This document shows positions 48,820 to 62,300 of a stretch of 64,000 bases of DNA, piece by piece. The DNA comes from Takakia lepidozioides. Lineage: Eukaryota; Plantae; Bryophyta. Both the position numbers and the translations under genes were made by a program. The first letter of the stretch is position 1. Each line of letters opens with the position of its first letter. The stretch is from assembly GCA_030704615.1 (NCBI GenBank), contig CM060733.1, positions 14,570,001 to 14,634,000 of the forward strand, read 5' to 3'. A model generated the notes under the pieces. That model had not been told where the DNA came from. It did no database searches and worked only from the letters and a program-made list of their open reading frames with translations.

Positions 48820-51800
48820 GGCCATTTGCCTTGAGGGCAGGGGGTCGGGACACAAGAGGGGCTGCCCCTGTGGTGGGGGCAGTGGCAGCGATAGGTATGG
48901 GGGGTTTTCCTTGAGTGCCCAAGGCACTCAAGGAGGCGGAGGCGCTCACTAGGTGGAGCCCCGCACACCGGGTCGCGGTGGGGGTGGCTCCACAAGGGGT
49001 GCTGGTAGCTTAGCGGGACTTAGTGGGGGTGACATAGGACTCACCCTGGGGCGGAGACCTCGTGGTGGGAGTCGTGGGGAGTCTTGGGACTCATCACGGT
49101 CCATAGGGGCCGTGGTGGGTGGGCCAAGACTCACTGCGACTCATCACCGGGAGTCGAGGGTGTTCGTGGTGGTTCGCCATAAAATGGCATGGTTGTTTGT
49201 GAAACCCCCGCGGACAGCTACAGAAGTATATATAGTGAGTAGTAACCCCGAGAACGGTGCAAGCCCGTTGGTGACCAAAAACTAGTGAGTACGCGAACGA
49301 GCCGGAAAGCGACCAAAGAGTGGGGAGCTGTTCCGGACTGCCAACTACCAAAGGGAATTCCGCTGGTTCCAAATCGTTGGAGGGTTCTTTGGGAGATCAA
49401 AGGGGGACCGTTATGCCCCGGTGAGCAGCCGGAGCTCCAAGTTGTGCCCGGCGGCCAGGTTGGGAGTTAGGCGCGCGCATCAAGCGAGTAACTATGACTT
49501 GAGGGGGGAGCTTACCGAAGTGAGGTGCGCGACACTTGGTATCAGAGCTTAGAGTTCAGTACGCGATCGTCCTTGGGATTGGCCTCATCATGGGGTCGGG
49601 CAAGCCAAAGCGAAAGCGGAACGGCCCAAAAGATGATGATCCTGGTGAGCCCGATGGGGGCGACATGTCACCGAGGCGGCCGTTTGAGGAAGCGGTGCAT
49701 GTTTCCGAAAACGAGGCCGCTCAAGAGCGGGAGGAATCTGAGGAGTCGGAGCCTGAGGAATCCCTGAGAGCTCCGACCGACCAACAGATGCCTCCCATGT
49801 CGGCAGCCTTTTGGGAAGGATTGTTGGCGCAATTTGGCGGGACGTTGAAAGACGTGTTGGAGGCGGCTAATGCCACTTCCACTAAGGCAAAGTTTAAGGT
49901 GAAGCCTAAGGAACCCGACACCTTCGAGGGCGTCTGAAATCGGAAGGCACTCAACACCTGGCTCTTGGAGCTAGAGCAGTACTTCCGGGCGGCCAAGTTG
50001 AGTGACGAGGATCGGGTGGAAGTGGCTCCCACCTATTTGAGGGGCTATGCTCAACAATGGTGGCAGAAACGCCTTCACGACCGAGGTCCAAGCCCGGAAA
50101 CCTTGAACTGGAGTGGGTTCAAGGAATTGATGAAGAGGCAGTTTGTGCCCCTCAACGCGTCCTGGCTCGCCCGAGACAAGATGAGGAATTTGAAGCAAAC
50201 AGATGACATTCGGGGATATGTCCAGGCTTTCAATGTGCTGTTGCTCGAAGTCGCGGACATGGCAGAACCAGAAATGGTCTTCAACTTTGTGGCGGGACTG
50301 GCCCCATGGGCCAGGCGGAAGTTGGAGGAGAAGCCACCTAAGACTTTGAACGAGGCAATTGAGAGGGCTGAATGTTTCTCGGATGTCCCTAAGGGTAAAA
50401 GACAAGGCCGTACGGAGCTGAACCACAAGAAGACCCGGCGGGAAGGTGACTCCTTCCGACCGGAAAAGAAGTGGGATAGGCCACGCGGCGACAATGGCAC
50501 GTGGAAATCGAAGGGAGGGCCTTCACAAGTCAAGGCGGCACCCGGTGCTTCGAAATGAAAAGCGGGTGGAGCGGCCTATGGCGGACAGAAGGCGACCTTT
50601 GATGGAGTGTGTTTCAATCGCGGGGAGCCCGGGCACATGGCCAAGAAGTGCACGAAGCCCCGGCAATTGAACATGACTCGGGCGACCACAGAGCTGTCAG
50701 AAGATACCATCAGTCGCTTGGTGGAAGCGGTGGTCGCCAGGACTTGCAAGGTAGGCAAATTTTCTTGTGAGTTGTATCACGAAACTGATGCCTTACGTAA
50801 AGGGAGTCAGTTATTGTTCGTGGATGGGATAATATCCGGAACTAACGTGTCGTTGTTGGTAGACACAGGAGCGTCGCACTCCTTCATGACACCGGCAACG
50901 ACACAAAAGCTGGGACTCCCGACAAGTGACGTGGGGGCCTCTATTGAGGTGCGTTCTGCCAAAGGAGAACCGCAATTGGCGACAAGGTTGGCGTTTGATG
51001 TTCCTCTTCAACTGGGGAGTTGGGAGGGACGTGAGAACTTCACCATCTGCGAGATCGATGGAGTGGATCTCATTTTGGGGATGACCTTTTTGAGCAAATC
51101 CGGAGCATAGATGGCCACAAGAGAGTAGTCACGCTGCTATGTGGGAATGGTGACGAGGTCTTACGAGTGTCGGAAACGCCCAAACCCGTGGGAGGGCGAA
51201 TAAACCTCCTGTCAGCAAGGGAGTGGGCCGTGGAGGAGGCACACGAGCCCTAGTTTTTGCTCTACATTAGAGAAGTGAAGGGAGAAGGCGCTGGGGAGCC
51301 GAGCCGAGATTGGATCAAGGGGATTTTGGAGAAATACCAGGATGTGATGCCGGAGGATTTACCAAGCGGCTTGCCACCGTGAAGAGGAGTTGACCACAAG
51401 ATTGAGGTGATACCAGGATCAGAACTGCCTGCCAAGGTGCCCTACCGGTTGAGCCACAGAGAGTTGGTCGAGCTGAAGACTCAGCTCAAAGATCTAATGT
51501 CAAAGGGGTACATCCGGCCGAATAAGTCACCTTACGGAGCCCCGGTGCTATTCGCAGACAAGAAGGAGGGGACGCTGCGGATGTGTGTCGATTACAGGGC
51601 TTTGAATAAGGTGACTATAAAAAACCGGTACCATTTGCCAAGGATCGACGACCTTTTCGATCGGTTGGCAAGAGCAAAGTATTTCAGCCGGATCGATCTG
51701 CGCTCCGGCTATCATCAAATTCGAGTGGCGGAAGGAGATGAGGAGAAGACCGCGTGCAGGACAAGGTATGGTTCATATGAGTTCTTGGTGATGCTTTTTG

Positions 51801-54800
51801 GACTCACCAACGCTCCCGCAACCTTTAGCACGCTGATGAACAACCTTTTCCAGGAGTGGTTGGATGACTTTGTGATCGTGTACATCGACGACATCTTGGT
51901 GTATTCGAAAACAAAGGAGGAGCACCTGGAGCACCTCAAAAGGGTGTTCCAGAAATTGCGGGAAGGAAAGCTGTATGCCAAAGCTTCAAAGTGCGAATTC
52001 GGGGTCACAAAAGTGGAGTTCCTGGGGTATGTGATTACACAAGATGGGATCAGAATGGATGACAGGAAGGTAAGGGCAATCTTGGACTGGGAGCCTCCGA
52101 CTTCGGTCCCGGGAGTGCGATCCTTCCTAGGACTCGCCTCCTATTACCGGAAGTATGTGAGAAATTTCGCCAAAATCGCGGGGCCGCTGTCAGACCTTCT
52201 GTATAAGTCCAAAGTCTAGGCATGGAATACCTTTTGTGGCCAAGCTTTTGCTGAATTGAAGCAGCGGATGGCGGAAGCTCCAGTCTTGAAAATCCCGGAG
52301 TTCGATCGTCCGTTCGAGATTCATACAGATGCGTCAGACTTCGCGATTGGGGGTGTACTGATGCAAGATGGACGTCTAGTGGCTTACGAAAGTAAGAAAC
52401 TGAATGAAGTGGAGCGACGGTGGCCGACGCACGAGAAAGAGATGAAGGCGGTGGTGCACTGTCTTGAGCTTTGGCGCCACTATGTTGGTTCCAACCCAAT
52501 GAAGGTGTTCACAAACAATGTCACGGTGAAGTATTTTGCCACGCAGCCCAAGTTGTCCCCAAAATAATTTAGGTGGCAAGATACTTTGGCGGTGTTCGAC
52601 GTGGATATCCAGTACAAACCGGGACGGGACAACGTGGTGGCCGATGCTTTAAGTAGAAAGCAGCAGCTCTTGTTGGTGTACAGGGGCGAGACGGCGCTCC
52701 AAAGGAAGATCCGGAAGGCTTGTTGGAAGGATGAGCTGGCGAAGTCCGTGATGCAAGACTTGAGGATGGGGGTTAAATCGTAGTTCCACTTGCAAAATGG
52801 ATTGCTCAGGTATAAGCAAAAGCGTCTCTACGTGCCGAAGGGAGGGATTAGAGATAGCCTCTTGAGAGAATGCCATGATAGCCCGCTTACGGGCCACGGC
52901 GGAGCCAAACGCACTACGGCACTCTTGAAGAAAGAGTATTTCTGGCCCAAACTGAGGGAGGAGGCAGAGGAGTATGTCAAGACATGCACCACATGCCAAC
53001 AAAACCGGAGCGAGTACAAAAAGCAAGCGAGGCTGTTACAACCCTTGCCGATTCTAGAGGGGACTTGGGAAAGCGTCTCGATGGATTTCATGACTGCTAT
53101 GCCGCTGTCAAAAGGATTCGATGCAATCATGGTGGTGGTGGATAGGTTCAGTAAAATGGGCCATTTCATCCCCACCAAGGAGACGGCAACGGTGCAGGAA
53201 ACAGGGCGACTTTACTTCGCCCACGTCTTAAAGCATCATGGAGTCCCGAAAGATATTGTCTCGGACCGCGATCCAAAGTTTACGAGTAAATTTTGGATGG
53301 CACTTTGGAAGAAGATGGGGACGAGGCTGAAGATGAGCACCGCCTTCCGACCGACGGCCAAACGGAAAGAGTGAATTCCGTAGTGAAGAAGATCTTGCGG
53401 AATTACGTGTCGGCAAACCAAACAGACTGGGTGGAACACTTAGACGCGACAGAGTTCTGTTATAATAACACAGAACACTCCGCAACGGGAGTTTCCCCTT
53501 TCGTATTGGTCTATGGAAAAGCACCTCTGGTGCCGACAAGTTGGGCCGCCCAGGACGTTGAGGAACCGGCAGTAGCGGCGGTACTGGAAGAACGCGAGCG
53601 TTTGTTGAAGCTCGCAAAGTACAACATTGCCAAAGCTAGGAAACGGTATTAAAGGCAGGCGAATCGGAAGCGGAGGGAAGTGAAGTTTGAGGCAGGCACG
53701 GAGGTCTGGTTGAACATCAAGAATTTTTGACTACCTCCGGAAGTGAGTCCAAAGTTCGTACCTTCGTATGTGGGACCCTTTCGCATCCGGAAGGTTACGA
53801 ATGAGGATGTGTATGAATTGGAGCTGCCGACAAACAGCAAGGTGCATCCAGTATTTGACGTCTCCCTTTTGAAACCTTACTTCAAAGATGAAGCGCGTCC
53901 GAATCGGCATCAAGTGTTGCGTCCGCCACCTGTGCTGTTGGATCATGAAAATGAACCTGAGTACGAGGTGGAGGCAGTACTTAAGTCGAGGAGGTTCAAG
54001 AACCGAGAAACGGAGTATCTCGTCAAATGGAAGGGCTATCATCATGTGGAGGCATCTTGGGTGCGTGCCTCAGAAATGAGAAACGCATCCGAGGCGGTTG
54101 CAGTTTTCGAAGGGCGACCTCAAAAGCGGAAGAAGCGTTGATGGGGACATCAACCTTGGAGCGTGGGGGAGGAAATGTATGCTTAGCCCGGTTTAGCTAG
54201 CTTAGGAATCCGATTGCAATACAAAAATTTGTTATAAAGGAAATGGGTTCCAAATGTTGTGCGTCCTATTTTGTTTGGAATGGTGATGCATGGTGTGTTG
54301 GCTAGTGTGTAGAATGCATGCTAGCTTACAAAAGTGGGAGAGGTAAATTGGGTTAATCGTGTGTTTGCGCAGTGCCAAAATCGGGTGACTCCCATCCAAG
54401 GGGCAAGGAAACTTGCGCCTTCTTTAGGAGTTCACGTGCTAGTGCGCACCGGCGCGTGCGCATACTATAACTGCGCTACCGAAGGGGTTGCTTTGTAGTG
54501 CGGGCTAACGCGGAAGCTACGTGCTTCCGTTCACGTACTATAATCGTATAGCCTAGGGACGAAGTCGTAGTGCGGCTTCGGCGTGTTCCCGTACCTCATG
54601 CCAGCATTCCAAGGCAGACCCAATTGTAGTGATTGGGGCGCGCGGTTGGTTCAAGGTTACCTTCCTAGTAAAAGAGGGTTCGAGGTGAACCCTTGCTCAA
54701 GGTGATGCCAAAAGCGGCATCATGAGCAGTCGCAAGCAAATGTTGTTGCAGTAAGGCGATTCGATCCTCGGGGAGGATCGTTCCTTGGCCTTGAAGTAGG

Positions 54801-55759
54801 CCAAGAAGAATGCACTGGGAGGAGCTTGAGAGGCTCCACCCTTGGCCGGGACTTAGAGGAAGTCGGACGAACTAGCTAGTGGAGAGTAGAGTCAAGTGTG
54901 GGGTTTGGTTCTTTGCCATGGGACGCCATGGTACGGAAACAAACTCCTTGATGTGGGACGCCACAACTTGGATGTTTGTTTCCACAAAATGGACAAGCCG
55001 ATGAGGACATCGACTCCTTGTTGGTAGGGGTGTGTGTCGCGGCCCTTTGCCTTGAGGGCAGGGGGTCGGGACACAAGAGGGGCTGACCCTGTGGTGGGGG
55101 CAGTGGCAGCGATAGGTATGGGGGGCTGAAGCACCCTTGAGTGCCCAAGGCACTCAAGGAGGCGGAGGCGCTCACTAGGTGGAGCCCCGCACACCGGGTT
55201 GCGGTGGGGGTGGCTCCACAAGGGGTGCTGGTAGCTTAGCGGGACTTAGTGGGGGTGGCATAGGACTCACCCTGGGGCAGAGACCTCGTGGTGGGAGTTG
55301 TAGGGAGTCTTGGGACTCATCACGGTCCATAGGGGCCGTGGTGGGTGGGCCAAGACTCACCGCGACTCATCACCGGGAGTCGAGGGTGTTCGTGGTGGTT
55401 CGCCATAAAATGGCATGGTTGTTTGTGAAACCCCCGCGGACAGCTACAGAAGTATATATAGGGAGTAGTAACCCCGAGAACGGTGCAAGCCCGTTGGTGA
55501 CCAAAAACTAGTGAGTACGCGAGCGAGCCGGAAAGCGACCAAAGAGTGGGGAGCTGTTCCGGACTGCCAACTACCAAAGGGAATTCCGCTGGTTCCAAAT
55601 CGTTGGAGGGTTCTTTGGGAGATCAAAGGGGGACCGTTATTCCCCGGTGAGCAGCCGGACCTCCAAGTTGGCCCGGCGGCCAGGTTGGGAGTTAGGCGCG
55701 CGCATCAAGCGAGTAACTATGACTTGAGGGGGGAGCTTACCGAAGTGAGGTGCGCGACA
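48820..55759 (+). mobile_element. Ty3/gypsy chromovirus, Galadriel-like (element C); LTRs 48820-49534 and 55035-55759
   Basis: ~720-bp direct repeats, PBS TGGTATCAGAGC (49537-49548, tRNA-iMet), gag-PR-RT-RH-IN-chromodomain; 5' LTR start is damaged and no TSD was found. Confidence 0.92.
49589..54141 (+). pseudogene. Element C gag-pol with multiple nonsense codons and a few frameshifts
   Basis: [86 protein letters not shown]. Confidence 0.92.
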
Positions 55760-56185
55760 CAATCTCTTATCAGTGTCTGCGGTCATCCATCGCCCACCTC
55801 ACCTAACTCTGCCCATCTGATCCAACTCTGCACTCTCAGCTTGCATCTAATTCGTATGTCTAAGCTTCCACTTGCGCGTCCTACCTTGCAGCCCATGAGC
55901 TTCCATAGTTTGTCTGAGCACCTTGTGACAAGTCTTAGTTTCCCCGCGTTTTCACTCTAGCCCACACGTTCATCTTCCAGCCAATCTCTTATCAATGTCT
56001 GCGGTCACCCATTGCCGGCCTAACCCAACTCTGCGCTCTGAGCTTGTATCCAACTCGTACGTCTCAGCTTCCACTTGTGCGTCCTACCTTGCAGCCCACG
56101 AGCTTCCACAGTGTGTTAGAGCACTTTGTGACGAGACTTAGTTTCCTCACGTTGCTACTGTAGCCCAACACGTTCATCTTCCATC
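55760..56185. repeat. Two ~220-bp tandem repeats
   Basis: CAATCTCTTATCA.TGTCTGCGGTCA...CACGTTCATCTTCCA at 55760 and 55982. Confidence 0.85.
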
Positions 56186-56379
56186 CATCGACATACCCGA
56201 TGAACGCGACCTCTAATCGACAGCTGCAGATTGATGTACAAAAAAATCAACGGCTGAAATTAATTCGTCTTTTTGCCCCGTCGTTCCCGCATGCTGCATA
56301 TTCAACTTCATATGGACGTTTTTTAGGAACTCCAAGTTTGCCACTTTTGGACCCACCGTAACATGCTTTGGCCCTGTTT

Positions 56380-56505
56380 GTTCATTAGCTTTTGGTTGCT
56401 TAACGGGCTTGCACCGTTCTTAGGGTCACTACTCTGTATATATACTTCTATGACTGTCAACGGAGGTTTCACAAACAACCCATGTCTTTTCTTGCGCACC
56501 GCCAT
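56380..56505 (-). repeat. Inverted, diverged fragment of an element-C-family LTR (TATA region)
   Basis: Reverse complement matches GGTTGTTTGTGAAACC..AGAAGTATATATA..GAGTAGT.ACCC.AGAACGGTGCAAGCCCGTT in both element C LTRs. Confidence 0.8.
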
Positions 56506-56855
56506 GGTGACGGAACAAATGTCAAAATTTGGTCATCATCGAATTGTCGCTTGCGACGCCACCTTTTCAACCAATGAGAAGAAGGTGAGATCTTTCTTTT
56601 TAGTGCATTGCCTTCGATGAAGCCAGATGCATTGTGTACTTGCCATAGTGGATCCTCACATCGTACAATTTTCCTCGTCACTGCTTTCTTCAAACAAATT
56701 TGTCTAAATTGTTGAACATTGATTGTTGTTTATGTAGTACCTGTTATACATCATGATGGTATTCGACGAGTGGTTGATTGGAATCCCAGTTGCATTCATC
56801 ATCACAGCAAGACCAAAGGCAACCGATTTGGAGCCATAGATGTCCACTCTCAACG
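56505..56855 (+). pseudogene. Mutator/MULE transposase fragment with one intron (~56584-56738)
   Basis: MSKFGHHRIVACDATFSTNEKK / YLLYIMMVFDEWLIGIPVAFII matches the first DDE aspartate region of MULE transposases. Confidence 0.75.
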
Positions 56856-57807
56856 GGAAGCTTCAGACTCATTAAGACGATGTGTCATCAACCCAGCTAA
56901 GCAAAGGAACAATGCACATTCACACCCAAAACGACAACCACACCCGCAACTCGCATTATGTGAACGAAGAGTAGGAGAGAGAAAAGAGAGGACAGGGAGC
57001 GGGAAGACGAAAGCTCCCGCCACCCCCCTTCCTATGCCACCATGTGTGGCATTCAACACGGGTGGACACCTAACCTGAGAGGCACACCATGCCATCCTAC
57101 ATGCAGGCCCATGTGGAATGACATTACGCCCCGAGGTACATCTCCCCCTAATGTAGAATTTTTTTGACGGCGCTGTACTTATTAGTTTTGTGGCCTGTCA
57201 ATTGAAGGGACAAAAAACTTCATGACGCACATTTTTTGTTCATGGATAAATGTCATCCGACTTCATGATCCAAGAAAGTTACGTCTTGGATGATTAAAAA
57301 ACGAATATACATGAAATGAGGTAAAATTCTAACAATTACAACAAAAAATGCATTTCAATTTCCAAAACATATCGAAATCATTCGTCTTATGAAAGCACTA
57401 AAACGTCACTAATGAATTGAAATTGAAGTAGAAATCAAGAAAATTTTGAAAATTGAAATGAGCAAATGAATATAATATTACAATATATTTGCATATGAAG
57501 TCAAAATGCAAATTAAAGTGAAACAAGATCGAGTTTATGTACACGTTCACGTGAAATGAAAATAAAGTATAGTAGAGAACTTATTATATATATATATATC
57601 TTAGTTATCATTCATGACGCGACGTGGCGCTGACACATTGGACATCACGTCCGACATGCATCACGTCACGTCGAGACCGGATGTTTACCCATGTAGTTAT
57701 TTTTATATTTGATTTTTACGATTAACTTCTACCCTCTCTAATGACATGGCAGCTACGGTATAAAACACACGTGGATACTTATTAATATTTATTAATTTAT
57801 TTTATAA

Positions 57808-58672
57808 AATACGACAGCCCATATTGGCGGTCGCTTGTAATTTTTTTAAATTTTTTGAAGCGACTGCCATTGGTGGTCGCTTATATATATATATATATAT
57901 ATATATTAATGAAGCGTCACTGGCGGTCTCTTGTAATTTGTTTAATTTTTTTAAAAAAATTTAAATTTAAATTTTTAATTTTTAATGTAGTGACCGCCAT
58001 CCAACGGTCGGTCATTTTTAATTTTTAGAAAATTCAGCGACCGCCGTGTGGCGGTCGCTGTTATTCCCTAATTGATTTTTAAGAAATCAAGCGATTGCCA
58101 CAAGTGCGGTCACTCTTTTTGTTTTTAAAAACTTTTATTCTTAATATTTAATAAAAAAATGCGACCGCCAAGACGGCGGTCACTTTTAATCTTTATATTT
58201 GGAAGTTTAAGCGACCGCCAATGTGGCAGTCACTTTTATTTTATACATTTTTTAAAATCTATGCGACCGCCCATTTGGCAGTCGCTTTTATTTTCATATG
58301 TCGTTTGTTTTTTATATATATATTTGAAATTAACCGACCACCATATGGCGGTCGCTTGTTTTTTATATATTTTTGAAATTAAGCGACCGCCATGGAGGTC
58401 GCTTGTTTTATATATATTTTTGAAATTAAGCGGCCGTCTGTTTTATATATATTTCTAAAATTATGCGACCGCCAACATAGCGGTTGCTTGTATTCTTTTT
58501 TAAATTAGGCGACCGCCAATACGATCAACAATCTTGTTTTTTTGGTTAAAAATAATTAAGGCAACCGCCAGAATTTGCCGTCGCTTTCATTTTGTTCATT
58601 TTCAAAATGTATTTGCCACCACCACCGTGTCGGCGACATGGCTGCTTAAGTGATAATTGTTTTTACCTAGTG
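57808..58672. mobile_element. Terminus of a CACTA transposon with subterminal repeat array
   Basis: More than a dozen AAGCGACCGCC..GGCGGTCGCTT inverted pairs ending in TTTTTACCTAGTG (reverse complement CACTAGGTAAAAA). Confidence 0.85.
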
Positions 58673-59822
58673 CTATTTTTACCAGAATATTCTCGGAACC
58701 TGACGTGACAGAGGTCCTGTCAGCGTCAGGTCCGACGTGACCTGACACTGATTGAAAGACGTGATGCTAATAACCGGGATATATATGTCACACTTCGAAA
58801 ACTAAGAGATAAAACTTAAGCTTTGATATAGAATATGTATCAGTCAGTTTTGAAAATTGAAAATAGCCAGAGTCTTACAATAGTAAGTAGGTTATGTGCT
58901 AGCTTTCAAAAGAGATTAACTTGCAAACTGAAATTTATTTTGGGAATTCTAGCTGGTGGAATCCGGTGATTTTGCCAGCATGAGTGAAAAATAACTTTCT
59001 AAATGGCCTAGGGTCTCTGAACAAACGAATGTAATATCTCTACACTGCAGTATCTATCACATGGATCAATACTCTCAAGTTGTTCTTATTTACTTTAATG
59101 AAGATACAATGGTATTGTCTTCCATACCTTCACTACCACCCAACCTCATGACAAGGGTTTTGGGTGCGTACATGGAGAGAAAGAAACACTTTCAAATGTA
59201 CCCTTATTTTCTTGAGGTGTGTCAAGGGAAGAGAAATTTTTGTGTACTCTGAAAAATGGGTGCTAAACTATATACAGAAGTATGATATACTGTTGAACAT
59301 GCGTTTACGACAAACAGAGTAATTTCCAACACTGGTGAACGTTACTAGTCGGGATTGAAGTAGGCCGGTTTTGTATTTGAAATTCAACTGGTGATAATAA
59401 CTGTCATTGTAAGGTTGCAATGGCTTTGTACATATTGACCCATGTCCAAGTGATCCAACGCCAAAGAAAACTGCAGTACTAAATCAGATTCTAAGAGGTA
59501 TAAAATGATTCTGCGAAGTCATAACTTTAAAGAAATTCTCACGTGTAGTCTCATGCGCGGACACATTCAACATTCTTTCACGTTGAAGTGCGACAATAAA
59601 GCAGACCATGATAAAGAGATGAGAGAGAGAAAGTTGCTTACTACAAGGCCCTCCTAACATTTACTATATGAAGAACCACACCGAGCATGTATGCATTTGA
59701 AAGAAAAATGTATCTGAGCATTAACTGTGTCTATGTCTCTCGACCCTATCCCTAGTCTATCTCTCTAATTACTTCACAGTTCGCATTTAACGATGTTGGT
59801 CCATCCTTCCTTTTGACGAGGG

Positions 59823-61530
59823 CACTACTACCGTGCAGATATATATGTGATTTTTTAAAAATAAATAAATAAATGTGAGGACTTATGTTGGTGTTGACGC
59901 CCACAAAATTCATGGATCTCTCACAAGCATTCCAATTACATAATAATAATAAAATAAAAAATTCAAATTATTTAAAAAAAACGTATCATAATATATCATA
60001 GTTTTGTGAGGTCTAGGAATTATATGATCGTCAACGCCCACATAAGTCCTCACACATGATTATAGGCACATAATAAATGCACCAATACAATTCCAAATTC
60101 CAAATGTCGCTGCTTGTATTTTCGCGGGAATAGGTCCCCTTTCAAATAACATACTACTCTGCGCTCTCATACAAGGCTACGACATGCAGACAACGTATCT
60201 CTCTCATTCTCTCCTATTCCGCGCTCAAACAAGGTTACGACAGACAGACATACAACTTCTCTCTCTCAAACTTATGGCCGTTCAAGAAAACTTCGGGATT
60301 TTCGGGCAGTTCGGGCAGGGTTCTAAGAAAATTGACGTTGATGACGTGGCTACGAAACGTAGCGACGATAATGTGGCAACAAAACGTGACGAATGTGTCA
60401 CTATGACACCATATTCCTGTTCTACGCTAAAACTAGTCTCCGACCTTCAGTCGTCGCTAGAATTGTTATATGTGCAACCAAACAGAATAATATGGAGGGT
60501 TTAAATGTAGTGAGTCTTGCAGTGAGGTCACTGCCGCATTTGCCCAGTGCAGCCGCCTTATTATTCATGGCTTCACGTGAATGGACAAATGACAGGGGGA
60601 GGACTTTAATTCATGGCGAAAAGCAAGCAGTGAATCTACGACTTATCATCCCGTGTATGGAGGCAAGAGCATACTCAACTTAGCATCGTGTGTGACCAGG
60701 CAAGAGCCGATGCAAGAATACTGGAGGACCGTAAAGCTACAATATCCTGCTTAGCATCGTGTGTATGGAGCCAAGAGTTGAGGCAGCTTACCATCTTGTG
60801 TAAAGAGGCAAGAGCGGAGGCAAGAGTGGAGGACCGTAAAGTTACAATTTCCTGCCTAGCATCGTGTGTAAGGAGGCAAGAACAGAGGCAAGAGTGAAGG
60901 AGTGTCATCTCTCGTAAAGCTCAGGTGATGTGTTTGCATCTTGATATTATGATTGCTTATATTGTTGCTCTAGTTTGATGTAAGACTCATCTAGTCTAAC
61001 AGTTCATAGTATGTCTTTCAAAACCTGCAGTAATATGAACAATGTTTAAAAAATAAAAAATAAAAAATAAAAATAAATCATTTTTTTCTTGGTGTCATTG
61101 GAGGACTTGCGGAAAGCCCACAAATTATGTGGGCGTCAACACCCACATAAGTCCTCACAATTTGTTTTTAAAAAAAATGACACCAACACGACACAACACA
61201 ACACAACATATGTTTTGTTTTTGTTTTTGTTTTTGTTTTTGTTTTGGTGTGTGTGTGTGTGTGTGTGATTGGAGGACTTGCGGGAGGTCCACGAATTATG
61301 TGGGCGTCAACATCCACATAAGTCCTTATATTATAAATCATTATTTTTTTTTAATTTTAATTTTTAGTCATTGGAGGACTTACGAGAGGTCCTTGAATGA
61401 TATGGGCGTCTACACCCACATAAGTCCTCACATTATTTATAAATAAATAAATAAATTCGTTTTTCATTGTTTCATTGGAGGACTTGTGGGAGGTCCATGA
61501 ATTATGTAGGCGTCAATACCCACCTAAGAA
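59823..61530. mobile_element. Non-autonomous DNA transposon-like element with inverted subterminal repeats and an internal tandem repeat (60650-60900)
   Basis: GAGGACTTATGT.GGTGTTGACGCCCACA near 59877, inverted four times at 61100-61530; CACTA at 59823; no matching right terminus seen. Confidence 0.6.
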
Positions 61531-62042
61531 GTAATGAAGACAATTTAGTAATAGGACATCCAAAATAAAATATTTAAATATTTAGAATACCATATAATAA
61601 AATAAAACAAGACACGGAAATTATACATGGAGAAGACATCAAATTTGAAATAAAATATCTTATGGGTTTCCATCATATTTCTACTCAATTGGAAAAGAAA
61701 ACAACATTGTGAGTATCCCACAAGTACATGAAATCGAAGTTCGTGATATATTCAAACCCCATATGCAGTATCTCGTTGTTCGATAGTGTAAACTCATCGT
61801 AGCTAAGAGTATCCAAAGTTGAACCGACGTGAACACAAACTTGAGTTTCGTCAGCAAAATTGGTGGTTTTTTTTTGTTTTTTTTTGTTTGGTTTATCCTT
61901 TTCAAGATGTTGTCCAAAATTGAACTTACGTGAACATAAATTTGGGTTTCATCAGCGAAATTGGTTTTTGTGATTACATTCATTTTTTGCTTGAACGACG
62001 TGGGCCACAATCTATATATGATAATAGGGGATATCACGGAAA

Positions 62043-62300
62043 GTGAACTCTGTAAATGTCATCAAAGTTAGGCCCGTCCCAAAAGGGACGCTCATGATAC
62101 CACTATGCAGAATGGTTTCCATGCCAATCGTGCGGCCTGTTCTCACCCACGATATCACTAAACTGCAGGGTGACTTTGTCCATGGATATCGTATGGGGTC
62201 ACAAGTGTTTTATGTTTCAGTCACGGACTCGGATGGAGAACAGGCTGTTGTGACCGATGCTGTCATTCAATCATGGGATAAGCATTGGCAAGAGATAAAT
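62043..62300 (+). pseudogene. Truncated N-terminal fragment of a TE-associated protein, possibly ParB/sulfiredoxin-like
   Basis: IPLCRMVSMPIVRPVL..DITKLQGDFVHGY..G..VFYVS..SWDKHW; breaks off before any diagnostic DGxHR motif. Confidence 0.4.

Noticed and set aside
48953-49470. Identical-looking ORFs here and at 55179-55626 as duplicated genes
   Set aside because: Incidental frames within GC-rich LTRs
57808-58600. Repeat-spacer pattern resembling a CRISPR array (also 61100-61530)
   Set aside because: Repeats are degenerate inverted pairs with low-complexity AT spacers, end in a CACTA terminus, have no cas genes nearby and lie in a eukaryotic context
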